Below, in pieces: positions 22,849 to 36,465 of a DNA stretch of 64,000 bases. Source of the DNA: Bispira polyomma (lineage: Eukaryota); contig OZ287761.1 of the NCBI GenBank assembly GCA_965649765.1, forward strand, positions 13,144,001 through 13,208,000, written 5' to 3'. Each line of letters opens with the position of its first letter. The first letter of the stretch is position 1. Both the position numbers and the translations under genes were made by a program. The notes under the pieces were generated by a model. That model searched no databases. It saw only the letters and a program-made list of their open reading frames with translations, and was not told the origin of the DNA.

Positions 22849-25800
22849 TATTACCATATTCACCCTTGCAGCGAAAGACTATCTGATTAAGATATATACT
22901 GTCCTCCGTATTATATAAGGTTTGTACGTCATTCTTTTCCTAACAAGGTTTTAGGCCTGCTACACACTTATCACTAAAGTATGTCCATATACTAGTAGAG
23001 ACTGCATTGACAAAAATCGGACACTTTCTTCATTGATGGATTCTGAATACACTCAAAATCACTATATCTGGTTCAGGTTTTGAGATAACGCACACCTTAT
23101 TTGATATAAAAGTCCAAATTTCAAGATGACCTTGAAAATTATCAATTTTCACTATTCAAACAATTCACAAGTATATTTTTATACCTTGGAAAGTCGGAAA
23201 TAAGTTCAAATAACTGGGAACTAGGTTTTTATAATTTAATTGGGGAAAATCCGCCACGACCACACACTTTACTTTTAACAGAAACCATGTTTTCTCAATG
23301 TGTGTGACTTAATATAGGGTTGTAAATGTATGGGAATATTATAATTCTCTGTAATTACAATGCTAGATAGTCACCGACTTTCGGATGCCTTAGAATCCAC
23401 TTTAATAGAGATTAATAAGCGCTATAAAAGTTTAGTTAGATCAGATTAATAAACAGTTGTGAAAAACTCAACACAAGGCTAGAGAATACTCACTGGTGTT
23501 TCTGGTCCAGGTTCAAATTCATCGCTAGAGAAACTCCACCCAAGTGGGAAATATTTTGTATAACTGAACTGACGATCTATCCAAATTTTGCCCTCCATTT
23601 TTGGGGGTCCCTCTTTGTTGTAAAGTTATAATGATAAAATTGTCTTATTCTAAGAACCGCTGTGTTAATTAAATACTAAAACATGGTGACTTATATTTTG
23701 ACAAAAGCTTAAACATGTTTTTGAACTTTTTATATATTAACCGATATAAATGTCTATTTCAACTTTATGACTTCTTGAAAGTACTGCTTAAATCTTTTAA
23801 TTTTTGTACTATTTTGATTCATCTTTCAAATTATTTGATACCAGTATGCTGGAACTGAAATGATTGATCATCAATGAAATATATAACAAATCTATGCAAA
23901 TACTATATACATGTTATTTTACACAACATATAAGAAATAATCATTTCTTCTCTCTATATCAGTGTTGCTAACTTGCTACAATTGGGTTATAGACAAGTTT
24001 TGTCCAGCATTCTATTGTAAGCCAAATATTAACCTAACTTCGTGTTACAACCACCTGTCTGACTTGTACATATCATATATAAACCACTAACCCTAACCTT
24101 CCCACGACCAAATTTTTACATCTGTAATCTCTAGTTTTTAAATAGGATTGAAATCTAGCGGTTGCAACAGAAATTTATTTATTCCATAAAGCAAAGGAAG
24201 AATTAGGTGGGGTGTGTGTATCTGTTAAATTTGACTTGAAAGGTGTTATCCTGGATAAAAAACTTGAACTAGTTTGAGGTTGCATATAGGATAAGTCAAG
24301 GTGAATTAGTCAAGCAAGTTTTCCCCTAACAAGCATATAGTAATTGTTGTTTAACTCACACCTTAACACTTATATTATGTCATTGGCAGAGTTGTATTAT
24401 TGTATTTGGTAACATTAACACTATAATGGGTTTTTTTATTTTCTTGGAATTTTTAAGAGAGAAAACTTTAATTTATCAAGTGGGGTTATCCATTTTGTAC
24501 AAAAATCTGTGTTAAATATGAATATATATATATTTTTATATAGGTGTACACCGAGGGGACAATACAGTGTTAGCCACAGTTGGTTAAGCTAGGGAAACTT
24601 TTGCCTGCACAATTTTCTTTGTTGTTGAGGATCTACACATAGGTGCAAGTTGTTTCATGATGTATCGGACGTTTACGTCCTTATGTAATTTAACTGGGTT
24701 TTTTCTGGCCATCATCAGTTTTGTGTCTTGCACCTGTCCCCATTTTCTTTGTGTCTTACCTGTATTTTCTAAAGGTGGTGAACACACACAGCCGTATTCG
24801 AATGTACTGGTGGAATCAGATTGGGCTTGAAATCCCATATAGGACGTGTATCTTCTTTTGCAGCTATATTGACAATGAACGATTCAAACAGAATCATGTG
24901 TAATGAAGATGTTTATTTGTAGGCCACGGGCGAGATAGGGTCCATGCGCACTCCACCCCAACCCCCAAATCTTAACAAAGTTACGTTTTTCTGAAGCCTA
25001 AGGATCTCTAGAATATGAAATGGAATTGTAAAATATTGGGATGCAATAACAGTTTGACACATAAATGTGATAGTACCCATATAAGGTAAATCTATCGCTT
25101 TCTTAGACAATGCAAAATTAGGGTATGCTCAATGTTTGTTGTTACTTACTCATTTAGTGAAACCAAAAGTGACTATGCTATATGATATGAAAGCACACTT
25201 GATAGGCTGTCTGAAGATGTATAGGTATTATGTATTATAAAATTAGTACGAGAGATTTTGTAACTCCTACTTGAATGAAGATGCCAAAAATTAACAATTT
25301 TGTGAAGTAGCAGTTATTTAAATAATGTTTTCAAAACATCACATTAAATTTTCTTCAGGCAATTAAACTGGGAGTTTTCTTGGTCTTACAGGGATGTCAG
25401 ACAATTCAATAATAATAATATCAATATTGCTGATAAACATGTTCAGATATAGTTATCTTGCTATAAATTTATCGTGAAAATCATGGTATATTATATATGT
25501 CATGGTAGACAGTCCAATTCTGTTTGCTATGAAAAAAAAATCAAATTGTATTTTATATTACTGACTCAATACTCTTTTTTTTTATGATAAATAAGATCAA
25601 TTTGTCAAAGTATCTAAAATTTTACTAACAAATATGTAACTAATCAGAATATAAATACTGAGAATCTTGTTGTTTTCCACATGATATGACAAGATAGTTG
25701 GTGTAATTGTTGCAAAAATATACTCTGTAAAACTATGTAATGCATTACAAATATGCAAACATCATTAATTAGTCAAAGTATCTTTTAGTATACCGTATAG

Positions 25801-26269
25801 CAATGCACTGCATTTTTTAAAACAATAAAACATAAATCAAAGGTTATGTTTACTTTTTATTTCTTCAAATTTTCCAATTGGACTTTCTACTGGTAGAATT
25901 TCAAATAAGCTCAACTTGTCAAATCTTCCAGATTGGACTTTCTACCAAGACATATACATCAATCATAACAATCCACTGAAAATATCGGCCGTGGATTTAG
26001 AAAAAACAAATTTGCAAAAAAAAAAAATCCTGATGCAATCCATGAGATCCGGCCGGATTCGGTGTCAATAAACTCCGGATAGGATCCACGACATCTGGAT
26101 TCGGCCCAGCGTGTCCCCCTACAGTCTCTATGATGAACAACGATATCGGCAAGTGCGACTCTAGGTATGGCTATGTGTGTTTATACCTAAAGTTGTCGTT
26201 AACTAGCCACAAGCCAGTTATCTAAGCTGATTACTGAGCAGTAGTGAGTACTGACATATAATTATATAC

Positions 26270-26504
26270 AGAGAGTAAAGAATCTAAAATTCGCCACCGT
26301 ATCAGAAATTTGCCACCCAGAAAATGTTGTATTTTCGACAAATTGTGGGTAACATTTTGCTGAAATTGAGATTTTGTGACTATTTTTCCTTTACTAACGC
26401 TAAATTAAAGTTATTTTTCACCAAGTTTTTTAATAGCTTTTGTTTAAATTTTTAGCGTTGACGAATTTCAGTTACAGTGGCGAATTTTAGATACCTTACT
26501 CTCT
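26270..26504. mobile_element. MITE family A
   Basis: AGAGAGTAAAGAATCTAAAATTCGCCACCGTA ... TACAGTGGCGAATTTTAGATACCTTACTCTCT. Confidence 0.85.
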
Positions 26505-28061
26505 ACCGGTGTATATTCATGCTAACTCAACCAGGGAAAAAGAGAGCCCTACAACCTGAAGCAAATTGAGTAACAGTAACAATACAGCTGATAAAGTAGA
26601 AACCTCTATTATCTGAACTTTTATTATCTGCATATTATCCGATTTGATGCACTCAAATTCACCCTGACAAATTAAGTCTTTTTCTGTTGTTATATCCTCG
26701 GTGTGCCCTATAACAAGGGGTGTAAGCAAGCACACACACAGGTAGACTCTGTATAGAACAAGAACCTCCAATATTCATAGCATTTGGTTCGAGTTATTGC
26801 TAACTTCCACTTATACCAGTTTATAAATTGCTTTTAATTACCACTAACAAACAAGAAATGAAGATCCTGGAATTCGAGACCCCCCTCGATATCACGAAAC
26901 ACAGACTTTAGACTAAAATGCCTCTTCCCATAAAATTATGAATACGAAGTTATGAACCTTCTGTTATCTAAATCTTGCTGGCCCAACACCTTCATATAAT
27001 AATACATATGTAGTGTAATTATATTTGTGTGTAATTATTTTATACAGTATTTAGGTCAAACAATTGGTATGAAATTATAAATCAAACTTTAATCTAAATT
27101 ACATGTAGTGCATATTTGGATAACTTGGTGACCCCCTGGTTAATGTATCCTTTATGCCATAGTTACAAGTTTAGAAAATTTTTACTTTTTTTTTAAGCCT
27201 TTAGAATACATTATCTAAAATAAAAAAATCTTATATTTTTGTGTCTCAAAATAAATAAATTTTGGTATTTCTATGAATAACACATATTTCATTCAAATTA
27301 ATCCACTGACAAGTCTGACACATACATTTTTTCTTCAGTATAGCTTAGGGCCTTATAGGGATACATATTAGTGTTCTTTATTTGAAAAATAGAGTACAGT
27401 TATTGAGGTCAGAAGAAGGTCAACATTTAAGAGGGGGAAAAACTGTTATACAATGGAATCCTGTTGATTCAAATCTGAAGAGACCATAATAATTTGTTCA
27501 AATGAAAGAGGACTTCTACTTAAAAGGGGTACATTTCAAATTAGAAATATATAGGATAGCAATAGGACCCTTACAATATCTTCTAATGTAACAGGTAATT
27601 TTCACGTATCAGAGTTCTACCTAAAGGAGTTTGACTGGATTATGTAACAACATACCTGTGTTACCTTAACTTGGTTCAACTATCTTAAACAATAACAGAT
27701 TTGAGAGTGAACAGAATGAGTCTCTGCACATTCACACCACAGGAGATAATATTGGATTATAACTTTTTTTTTTGTTACATCAGAAGAGACGCATTGGATC
27801 TCGGCAATTGAACAACAGCATGTCTGAGCTAAAGTAAATAGTGCCCGATATAATACACAACGGACATTTGACGCCAGTCATGGACAAAAACATTACTCAC
27901 TTCTTACACTTGCTTCACACTACAAATCACAGGCTTCAATGGGGTGGGGAAAGCAAAACGCAATTGAATATATATTTTTCAAACAACAGATTATATCAAA
28001 GTAAGAATCCAATTGACCAAATGTGTACTGTGTAATAGTGAGTGGAACTGGTCTGTATTTT

Positions 28062-28483
28062 GCAGGTCGATTAATTGTTTAATTGTCCGACCGATGATTG
28101 ACCTGTAATCGATTATTCACATAAGTATATTGTTTGAATTATTAAGTTATCCATCCTGCCATCCCAGGCCGAATATATTGTGATCCGGTAAGAATTTGGT
28201 CAAATTCAAACATTCAACATTTAGTATCAACCGCTAACCTATATGACTTCCGGTAAACATGGCGGTAAAAAAAAAACAAATACAAAAGTGACAAAAATTG
28301 CTTTATTTGACTTAAAAATCACATCTTAAATCACATGAAAATGTCAAAATATCTACTATTTGAAGTTAAGAACTTTGCTGTGTTTTTGGTGAGTAATGAT
28401 CGATTTTCTAATGATCTTTATCGATCGACGTCTATGGGGCAATAGACCGACGAACGCTAAGACTATCGTTGAATCGTCCACTG
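28062..28483 (+). mobile_element. Non-autonomous DNA transposon family C
   Basis: Inverted copy of 17745-18092; related pieces near 11455, 51318 and 62340. Confidence 0.65.
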
Positions 28484-30318
28484 ACAACACTGTGTAAGTA
28501 GGCTTTATATTTACAAGCTGAATGTCCAAATATCCACAGGATTTGGTTCTGCCTTGTGGCAATCTTAATCCACTCATAATCTTACTTTAAATCAGTAGAA
28601 GTTGTGAATCTTGGGACAACAAAAGCTGGTTTTAATTAGGGCCTTATGGCCCACTATTCAAAACCAGTGAATGCCACACGACCCAGGTGATCTAACACTA
28701 ATAGTTTGACCTACAATGCGCACTGGTTGTGTACACGGTCAGACTCGAACTCATTCTTTGTGCACCAAGTGCGTTCTTTGCATAATCTGTAAATAGGCGA
28801 TGGTCAGGAAAGTCGTTTGTGGCTGACAAGCTGAGAACGCATTGCTTTATGTATGAAACCAATGGAGGGGATCTAATTAGGTGATCACGATGTAACCGAT
28901 ACACACAGTCAATGCGACAGGTCCGATCTTTACTCAACTACTGTGCAATACTTTGAGATAGCAATGCATGGTCAACTCGACCTTGGCGATTCTAACACGA
29001 TCTCCCATGTTGTGGGCGACCTATTTGCAATAACTTAGTTAGCCCCCAGCATGATCACTGGCGATCTGCATCAACGCAAAATCGCCAAAGTGCACCAGTT
29101 CATAAGTATATTAAATGAGCATTTAGTCAAATTGTCAGGTACTAGAGAATATTTATAAAATTTAATTTTACCATATTGAAATGGACCTACTGATTTAACC
29201 CAGACTAACTATTACTTTATGCTAGTTCCCGAGACACATGATCCCTTATTGACATTATTCCATACAAGCTATATTTAAGAAGTAAAACATGCAATTAACA
29301 CTTCAATACACATTTGTGTAATGATCAGTAAAATCATTTCTTTCGCCCAAAAAGATTTCCTGGAAAGTTATAAATAGAAAACCTGTTGAAAAAATTGTTG
29401 GTTTGTTTAACTAAATATCAACCAGTTAGCCTACACTTCCTTTCAGCACATTCCGACGTCGGCCGATTTGAAGGTGTCCGATCCAATCAGACGTCGGCCC
29501 ATGTTGGGTTTCCTTTCATCAGATATCTACTAATTATTTCAATACAAATTTTATTTTTCTTATATAGATACCAGTCGTAGCATGTTTGCATTAAAATACT
29601 CGACACTTTCAAGATTTAACTGAAATGTTTATACTTTTAGGACATTAAATTTTATGTAAAAACATGTGCTTTATTTTCCAGACATTTGTATTGCTTAAAC
29701 TTAACAAATTATCAAAACAATCTTTCAAACCTTGATTTGATTCTTGCTTAAGGTTTTTGTTGGCTGGTTTTTTTGTTTTTTTTTAAATCCATTCAATAAT
29801 CGAATACCAGTTGTGTTTTAACCAACAGGTTTTTTTTATCAACGGATTGAGGAAATACCAGACCAAAGTCACAGCTACTATCGCTTTACTACATATAAAC
29901 TCAACATGTTTCTTCTCCTCGTAGCATTTTAATATTAAAGTAGATCGGCAGACAACAAGACATGAGTTTGTAGAAAACACAAGTGAGGAGCTAGCTATAT
30001 AAGAGAGAGTTGATAACAAGCTAAGAGATGGCCGGTAGCCATGCATATTCCCATAGCAGCTCAGTACATTATTATTTGCCTTCCAATTATTTGTAGTAGT
30101 CTCCTGAACATATGGCAGCTATTTGCCTCTTCTGTGTTTGCTCTACAGATATATATATATATATATATAAGTGATCCTAATAAAAAAAGACTAACTGTGC
30201 AGTGTGTTACCCACAAAACTCCCCAAAGTAGTAGTAACTGTGCAAAATGTGGAAAATCGGGAGAGTGAAATATAATATCCTACTAGCTTATTATCAGTAC
30301 TTGTGCCATATTACAGTA

Positions 30319-30520
30319 CACGTTCAGGTCAGGTACGGGTCACAATACCTTTCGACTCACATTTGAATGCTTAAAACGTAGATTTATTTATAATAAAACC
30401 ATGTATTCTGTAATTTATAGACATGAAGTAGTATGTGTTTTCAGTATTAATTTCCGTTGGTAAAGTCTTTAAAACTGCAACGAACGGTATTGTGACCCGA
30501 CCGGTATTGTGACCACCCGT
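30319..30520. mobile_element. MITE family D (GGTCACAATACC subterminal repeats)
   Basis: Inverted GGGTCACAATACC / GGTATTGTGACC ends; related copy at 38801-39008. Confidence 0.6.
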
Positions 30521-30703
30521 GTAGAACCTCTATTATCCGACCTTTTATTATCCAATTATTCGATTTTATGAACTCAATTTCAATCTCCCAAAGTCATTTT
30601 TTTGCTACTGTTTTATTCCAAAATGCCACTTCTATATGATAGACCTTCTATTATCTAAACAATTTCTCACCCTCCCAAGATGTCCTAAAGTAGAGGTTCT
30701 ATA
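30521..30703. mobile_element. MITE family B
   Basis: GTAGAACCTCTATTATCCGACC ... AGTAGAGGTTCTA. Confidence 0.7.
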
Positions 30704-33195
30704 TAGCTGTATATAGCACCAGATTTGGGGGGTCAATAGTAATCAGTACATATATAGGTTAAGATTATTGTGAACAAATTAAAGTTTTGTGGGGGTTAAA
30801 ATCAAATCCAGTGAATTGAATGTTTCCTTCACTCCCAATTAGTCCTAAAAAAAACGCATCTGATACAGAAGTTTGAGAAAAAATAATCACATATGAGCTT
30901 TTCCCACATAAATCTGTGCAATTGGGTGCTGCAATCTCAGGAGTCAAAATGCTTAGAATAATGGTAAAAAATAAAACTCTTGAGTTTCTGTTATAAAATA
31001 AGAACACATTGTTAAAATATGTTGTGATAAGTTAGTTGGAAATAAAGTTTTATCGAGGTCAATTCACAAATAATTTTAATGGCTGATAAATGGTGTTTTG
31101 CTAGTGATTGATGAACAGATTAAGAACGGAATGAGCTGCAATGATCTTTGTTACAATTAAGTCTGGGTATTGGCGCAACATTTGGATGGAATAACGGCAG
31201 CCTACAAGGTTGTACTCACCCAGGCCTGAATAACAGATTAAATAAGGGTACCAGAATTTTTAAAATGCCTGGGCATTTTAGTGCAAACGATGACCAATAT
31301 TTACGAATCATAAAAAAACAGATTTAATGATAAAAAAATAGATTTAATGTTAGCAGTTCATTGAAATTTTAGGGCACTTTTTAGTTGTTTCTAGGCATAA
31401 TGCACATGTTGTTTTGATTTCTCTTTCGCTTCCTGTTCTTGAGGGTGTGTTCAATTTGCAGTAGTAATCAGGTTTATTTTTGGGGGGGGCGGTATACCGG
31501 AATCAGAACGGTTTTTTGACGAGTATATCTGGGACACAAATTTTCGGTACCGCCCCACGCCTACTAGTAATAATAACCTACATTTGAATGATTTGATGGT
31601 CACTTTACTTGGTGATCTACAATAATTTCACTTACTCCCAGTACTCCTACTATCTATGACGAGGAAGTCGTGTAACAGAAACTAATGGTTTTGCCTCCGA
31701 GAGTGCAAACAAAACAAAAACTCATTTCTGTACCCAATCCACCTGATGAAGACAAGAGTTTAATGCTACATAATGTAAATATCAACTAAATAAATACTGG
31801 GGCTGTAATAGGCCTGCAAAAAAACAAATGTGATTATGTGAACCAAGTAGTTGCAAACTTACTTAACTAACAAACTCGAAAAAATCCAGGTAACTACGCA
31901 TTTAGTATGAACCATTTTTAGAAAAACCAGTTTAGCATCACATGGTGTTCAAAAGGTAACAAAAATAGATTACAAAAGGATAGATTACAGTTATCTGGAG
32001 AAATATTAGCAATTAAACCCTTTTTTAGAACACTGAAACTGCACATTTAAGTTTTTCCCAACTAAGTTGGGCCTGATATCGAGTCACACAGTCTCACACA
32101 CTCCCTAAAATATACTAACAAACATAAGTTGGGTTTATTTTTATTTATTTTTTTTGGGGGGGAGGGGGGGGGAGGGCCGGGGGCAAAATAGTTTAATTGT
32201 TTTTGAAGTTATCAGAGTAATAAAACACTTGGCTCTGACTACTATGTCTAAAAGTTCTCGCCACATATTGCAGGTCATGTTTTTTTGAAGCAGTTATTCT
32301 GCACACACTCTCGCTTCCACATTACTTGATTAGAATGGCCACACAGTAAGCAATACAATAACAGCCACATCATCTAGGAGTAACCTATATATATTACATT
32401 GTACAGGTACTCTACCAATGGAATTCAATAAACATCAATGCAATTTTATTAAATTCATATTTTTCTTCAAAATTAAATAATTATTACTTGCAAACACACG
32501 CTACATTGTTTTTGCCCCTTTATCAAATCAATATTATAAAGAAACTGCTTGTTATCTTAACTATTATTATCCAAATATTCAATTTACGAACTCGGTCTTA
32601 ATCTTTCCAAATTTATTTTTTTCTATCGTTTCATAGTAAATCCCTCTACTATTTTATGTACCTCCTATTATCCAAACAAAATCTTGCTCTCCCAACTTGT
32701 CCGGATAATAGAGGTCCTATTGACAGTCACCAGAAACAGATACATGGGTAATTGAGTTGCCAAGTCAGTTAACACTTTTGCAAAACTTCCCCATTACAGT
32801 AGAACCCCCCCAGCAGAACACCCTAGAAGTAGAACTCTTTGAATCAATCACTCTTTAATGTGGAGAACTATCCCTGTAGTCCCCACATTAAAATCTACTA
32901 CAGTCAAGTACAGTTCTTTTTACTCAACAAATTACCGTACTTTATAAGTTATATATATAACTTTATAATTAACAGTTTAGTCATGCTTTATTTTTTGTTG
33001 TTTTTTTTGTAAATTTTCTAACTAAAATGATTACACTGACATTCACTGACATTTCATGATCTCACATTTTACAAATATTGTAAAATTTTCACAAATAATA
33101 TCTACAGTGGACTCAAGTATAAGCCAACATTCAAAACCCGATTATTATTTTGTTAAGGCAGATATATAAAACTTGTGCATATTTATACGTATATT

Positions 33196-33380
33196 CAGTA
33201 GAATCTCTATTGTCCGAATATGTTGGGAGAAAAAAAAAAGAGTTTGTTTGGTTTATCAAAGAGAAGAGGCCTTTTAGTGTAAAAACAATAGGTAAAATAA
33301 AAATTTGGAAAATTCGAAATATAATGATAAAATCAAATACTCAGATGATAGAAGTTTGGATAATAGAGATTCTATTGTAT
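33196..33380. mobile_element. MITE family B
   Basis: CAGTAGAATCTCTATTGTCCGAA ... TTGGATAATAGAGATTCTATTGTA. Confidence 0.75.
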
Positions 33381-34030
33381 TAGGACATGTAATATCAGAG
33401 AAAATAAGCATGCTCATGTGCCCGCATAAATAGTAAGGCACAGACCCATGACATGAAGCAAAGTGACTTTGTCAGCTGAAATAAAATTGGCCAAAAATAA
33501 ACAATGTTTTGCTTATGGAAGCCGTTCTGTCCCTTTTTGTGGATTCTGTCGGCAAAATAACAGCAAGGAATCTCGCTAAATAGGGAGAGATTATTCGGTC
33601 TAACTAAACTCGTAACAACAACTGAATAAACAATTTGCTAACCTAAATATTTCTGTTAAGGTATATCATGGATGAAGATGCTTGGAATGTATAGCAAAAA
33701 CTGAATGGCATTTTACTCCACTAAAAAATATAAGAGAAACCATAACCATTATTACCCGGTATTGCCCAGTATAACCCACTTAGGAGTACCCACTTAGGAA
33801 AACCTGGTAATATCCGGGCTAATTTTTGCTTTCAACCCTATAGGAAATTAATATTTTTTGATGGTCTCAAAATTTGTATATTTCACCACATTTTATTGCA
33901 AGAGGTTATTGTGAAAACATTGTTTTCTAAACCGATATAAACTAAGAAATGTGACAAGGTCAAAAAGCCGAAACATCCTTCAAAGGGTACCAACATACAC
34001 AACATACACAGATTCTGATTGCACAAGTAC

Positions 34031-34108
34031 CTGTCTGATAAAACTGTTTGAACTATCAGAGAAGCTTCCATCTGACCGCTTGGCTTTGCCATGCCTCTTT
34101 CCTTTCGT
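34031..34108 (-). CDS. CACNB: Voltage-gated calcium channel beta subunit, internal N-terminal exon (equivalent of vertebrate CACNB exon 2)
   Basis: Acceptor ttttattttcAG| at 34109/34108, donor CAG|GTACTT at 34031/34030, 78 nt, phase 0/0. Translation TKGKRHGKAKRSDGSFSDSSNSFIRQ matches CACNB1 ([25 protein letters not shown]), which ends at the same residue before the GSA(D/E)S exon. Confidence 0.9.
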
Positions 34109-34760
34109 CTGAAAATAAAACGACAATAAATATCGATAATTCTTCACAGACCAGGAAGTTACTCTGTTACTGGCACAATTTCGTTACCTGTCTTAAACAA
34201 AACTAGTTTACCTGAATTCACTCAACAATATTAGACCGTGACACATAATCCTTATGTTATATTGGCTACTGAGAAGAATCCTTAATTGCATCCCTACAGC
34301 CAGCACTTTTATTTGATTTATATACGGTAAGTAACCATACATGTCTATAATTCAACCAAACAGTTATAATTTTTGAATATTGCAATGTATTATGCAAGCT
34401 GAAATATTTGTGCCTTGTGGCAAGATTCCTCAATTGTTCTTTCGATGGTGGACTTACTCAAGGACAGTAATATAAAAATGTTGTAAAGCACTGTTGACAC
34501 CTTCACATATCATCGCTAGTTTGAGGATTTGATGGGAATTTTTAGAAAAAAAATAAAGTATTTTAATTTTTATATAACACAAGATACGACTCCATTCATA
34601 TTTGGAATCATTACAGTCAGCCAACTTTCGGAAAAATAAATCAAAGAGATTTATGTTGATAAAAGGATTAATGCATCAAGTGTCTTTGACATTAGGTAAT
34701 GGGTCGTATGTAGAGTTGTAGACATATACAAAGTTTTCTGTTATCCTGCTCATGGTGGGC

Positions 34761-35153
34761 TAGACAGAGTTCTCTGTCGCTAAAACAGCCATGTTTTCTT
34801 AATATTATTATGTGACTGTTACCGACAGAGCGGTTACCATGAGCAAAAACTCTGACACAGCAGTTTATTGTGTTCTCTTCAACAGGAAATATACGGCAAT
34901 ATTTTCAAATAACAATATTGAATTAATTAAATACTTTTAGGTTCACCATAAGCTATAATACTGTGTACGGCTATTGTATAAATCAATATACAACCACTGA
35001 CTAAATGTTAAGATAATAGTTTATATGTCTGTTATAAGTGTAGTGTCAGATTTGTGGACTTTTGCAGCTTTACTTGTGGTAGCCGCTCTGTCCCTCGCCA
35101 TGCGTACTATCAGTAAAAATCAAAGCATTGTCGAGGACAGAAAACTTGGCCTA
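34761..35153. mobile_element. TAGAC-ended non-autonomous DNA transposon with TSD of about 9 bp (Academ- or Mutator-like)
   Basis: TIR TAGACAGAGTTCTCTGTC / GACAGAAAACTTGGCCTA; ATGGTGGGC at 34752-34760 and 35156-35164. Confidence 0.75.
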
Positions 35154-35674
35154 ATATGGTGGGCATACAAGTGCAATAAAGGCAGTTCAAAATTAATGTC
35201 TGATTTGGATAATTATTCCTGGTAAACTGTTAGATGTTAAATTTTTAGCTGGGATAAAATTTTCACTATTGGCCAATTTTTAGGTAAAAATACTGTATAT
35301 ACAAAGTTGAATTTTCACTGGCATTTAATATTAAGTATCTAAGCTCATTAGCTAATGTAGATAAACTTTATTTCTGCTGAAAATTTCCACTTATAAACAA
35401 TTATATATAAAGTAATAATATATGCCATTCATTAGTCGTCATTATCGATCAAAATCGCCAAAAATGTGGGCATGCCCATAATGTGCTCCTATGCCATAAC
35501 GCACAAGATACTAGACTAGTATATATAAATCGGCCATATTGTCTATATATCAATCTGTAATCCTACATAGCTAAAATAGTCCATATCTACTTGTACACCT
35601 GTCTAATTGTCTACCAGTTCTGAAGCTTAAACGGTCCAGGAGACCAATCGGCCATTTGCTCTCTCCCCAGAGGG

Positions 35675-36465
35675 TAGACCGAGTTTTCTGTCGCTGAAAC
35701 GGCCGGGTTTTTTTTCTGATTTGCGGCTGTTGGCGACAGAGTTGTTTACTATAGTAAATCATTGTAAATGTGTAACGGCATATATACACACATACTTCAT
35801 TTGTTTTAAATATCCAGAATTATTACTTTGATAAGAGGTTATTAGCTGTTAACCATTTTTACTTAGAAAACATCACGAGGTATATATATATTAGTCAATT
35901 TGTCTATTTCCGGTATTTTGTCCGCCATTTTAATTTTGTGTAATCCATCACGTCACCATCATATAATGTCAAGGACATGTGTAGTGGTACTTCCTTTACT
36001 TGCGTGGATTTAATTATTGCGAATTCTAATCAAAGTTTGCTACAATAATTGAAAATATATCATTGGGGATCCTTTGTATAAAATAAAAATTAACGGATCT
36101 TATTCTGTCAAATTCTTCTAATCGGAAAACCCCCAGGGAATCCCACAGGAAGAGATGGTGTGCGTATGTGCCAGCAGGTTCTCGCTAGCAAACATGGAGG
36201 ATAAATTTACAGAAACCTTTTATATATCTCGTATATATTAATATATTTATGATTGGCATTCAATAAAGGTTTTTATACAAAATATAACTATTCATCTTCA
36301 ATTGCACATATTTTTTACTAGCCGATTCCTTATTTTAGGTTGTTATTTCTGACGTTTTTGTTGCCACTACACATTTACAACAATTTGCTATAGTAAGGAA
36401 CTCTGTCCCTAGACGAGCGCACATCAGTAAATCAAAGCATTGTCGAGGACAGAAAACGCAGTCTA
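35675..36465. mobile_element. TAGAC-ended non-autonomous DNA transposon with perfect 9-bp TSD
   Basis: TIR TAGACCGAGTTTTCTGTC / GACAGAAAACGCAGTCTA; TSD CCCAGAGGG at 35666-35674 and 36466-36474. Confidence 0.85.

Noticed and set aside
24551-26120. Possible 1.5-kb element bounded by GGGGACA / TGTCCCC
   Set aside because: The terminal match is too short and there is no TSD; boundaries cannot be supported.
31220-31225. 6-nt microexon candidate (TTATTCAG|GCCTGG|GTGAGT, Ala-Trp), minus strand
   Set aside because: Splice motifs look good but overlap what may be a repeat terminus (CAGGCCTG); no independent support.
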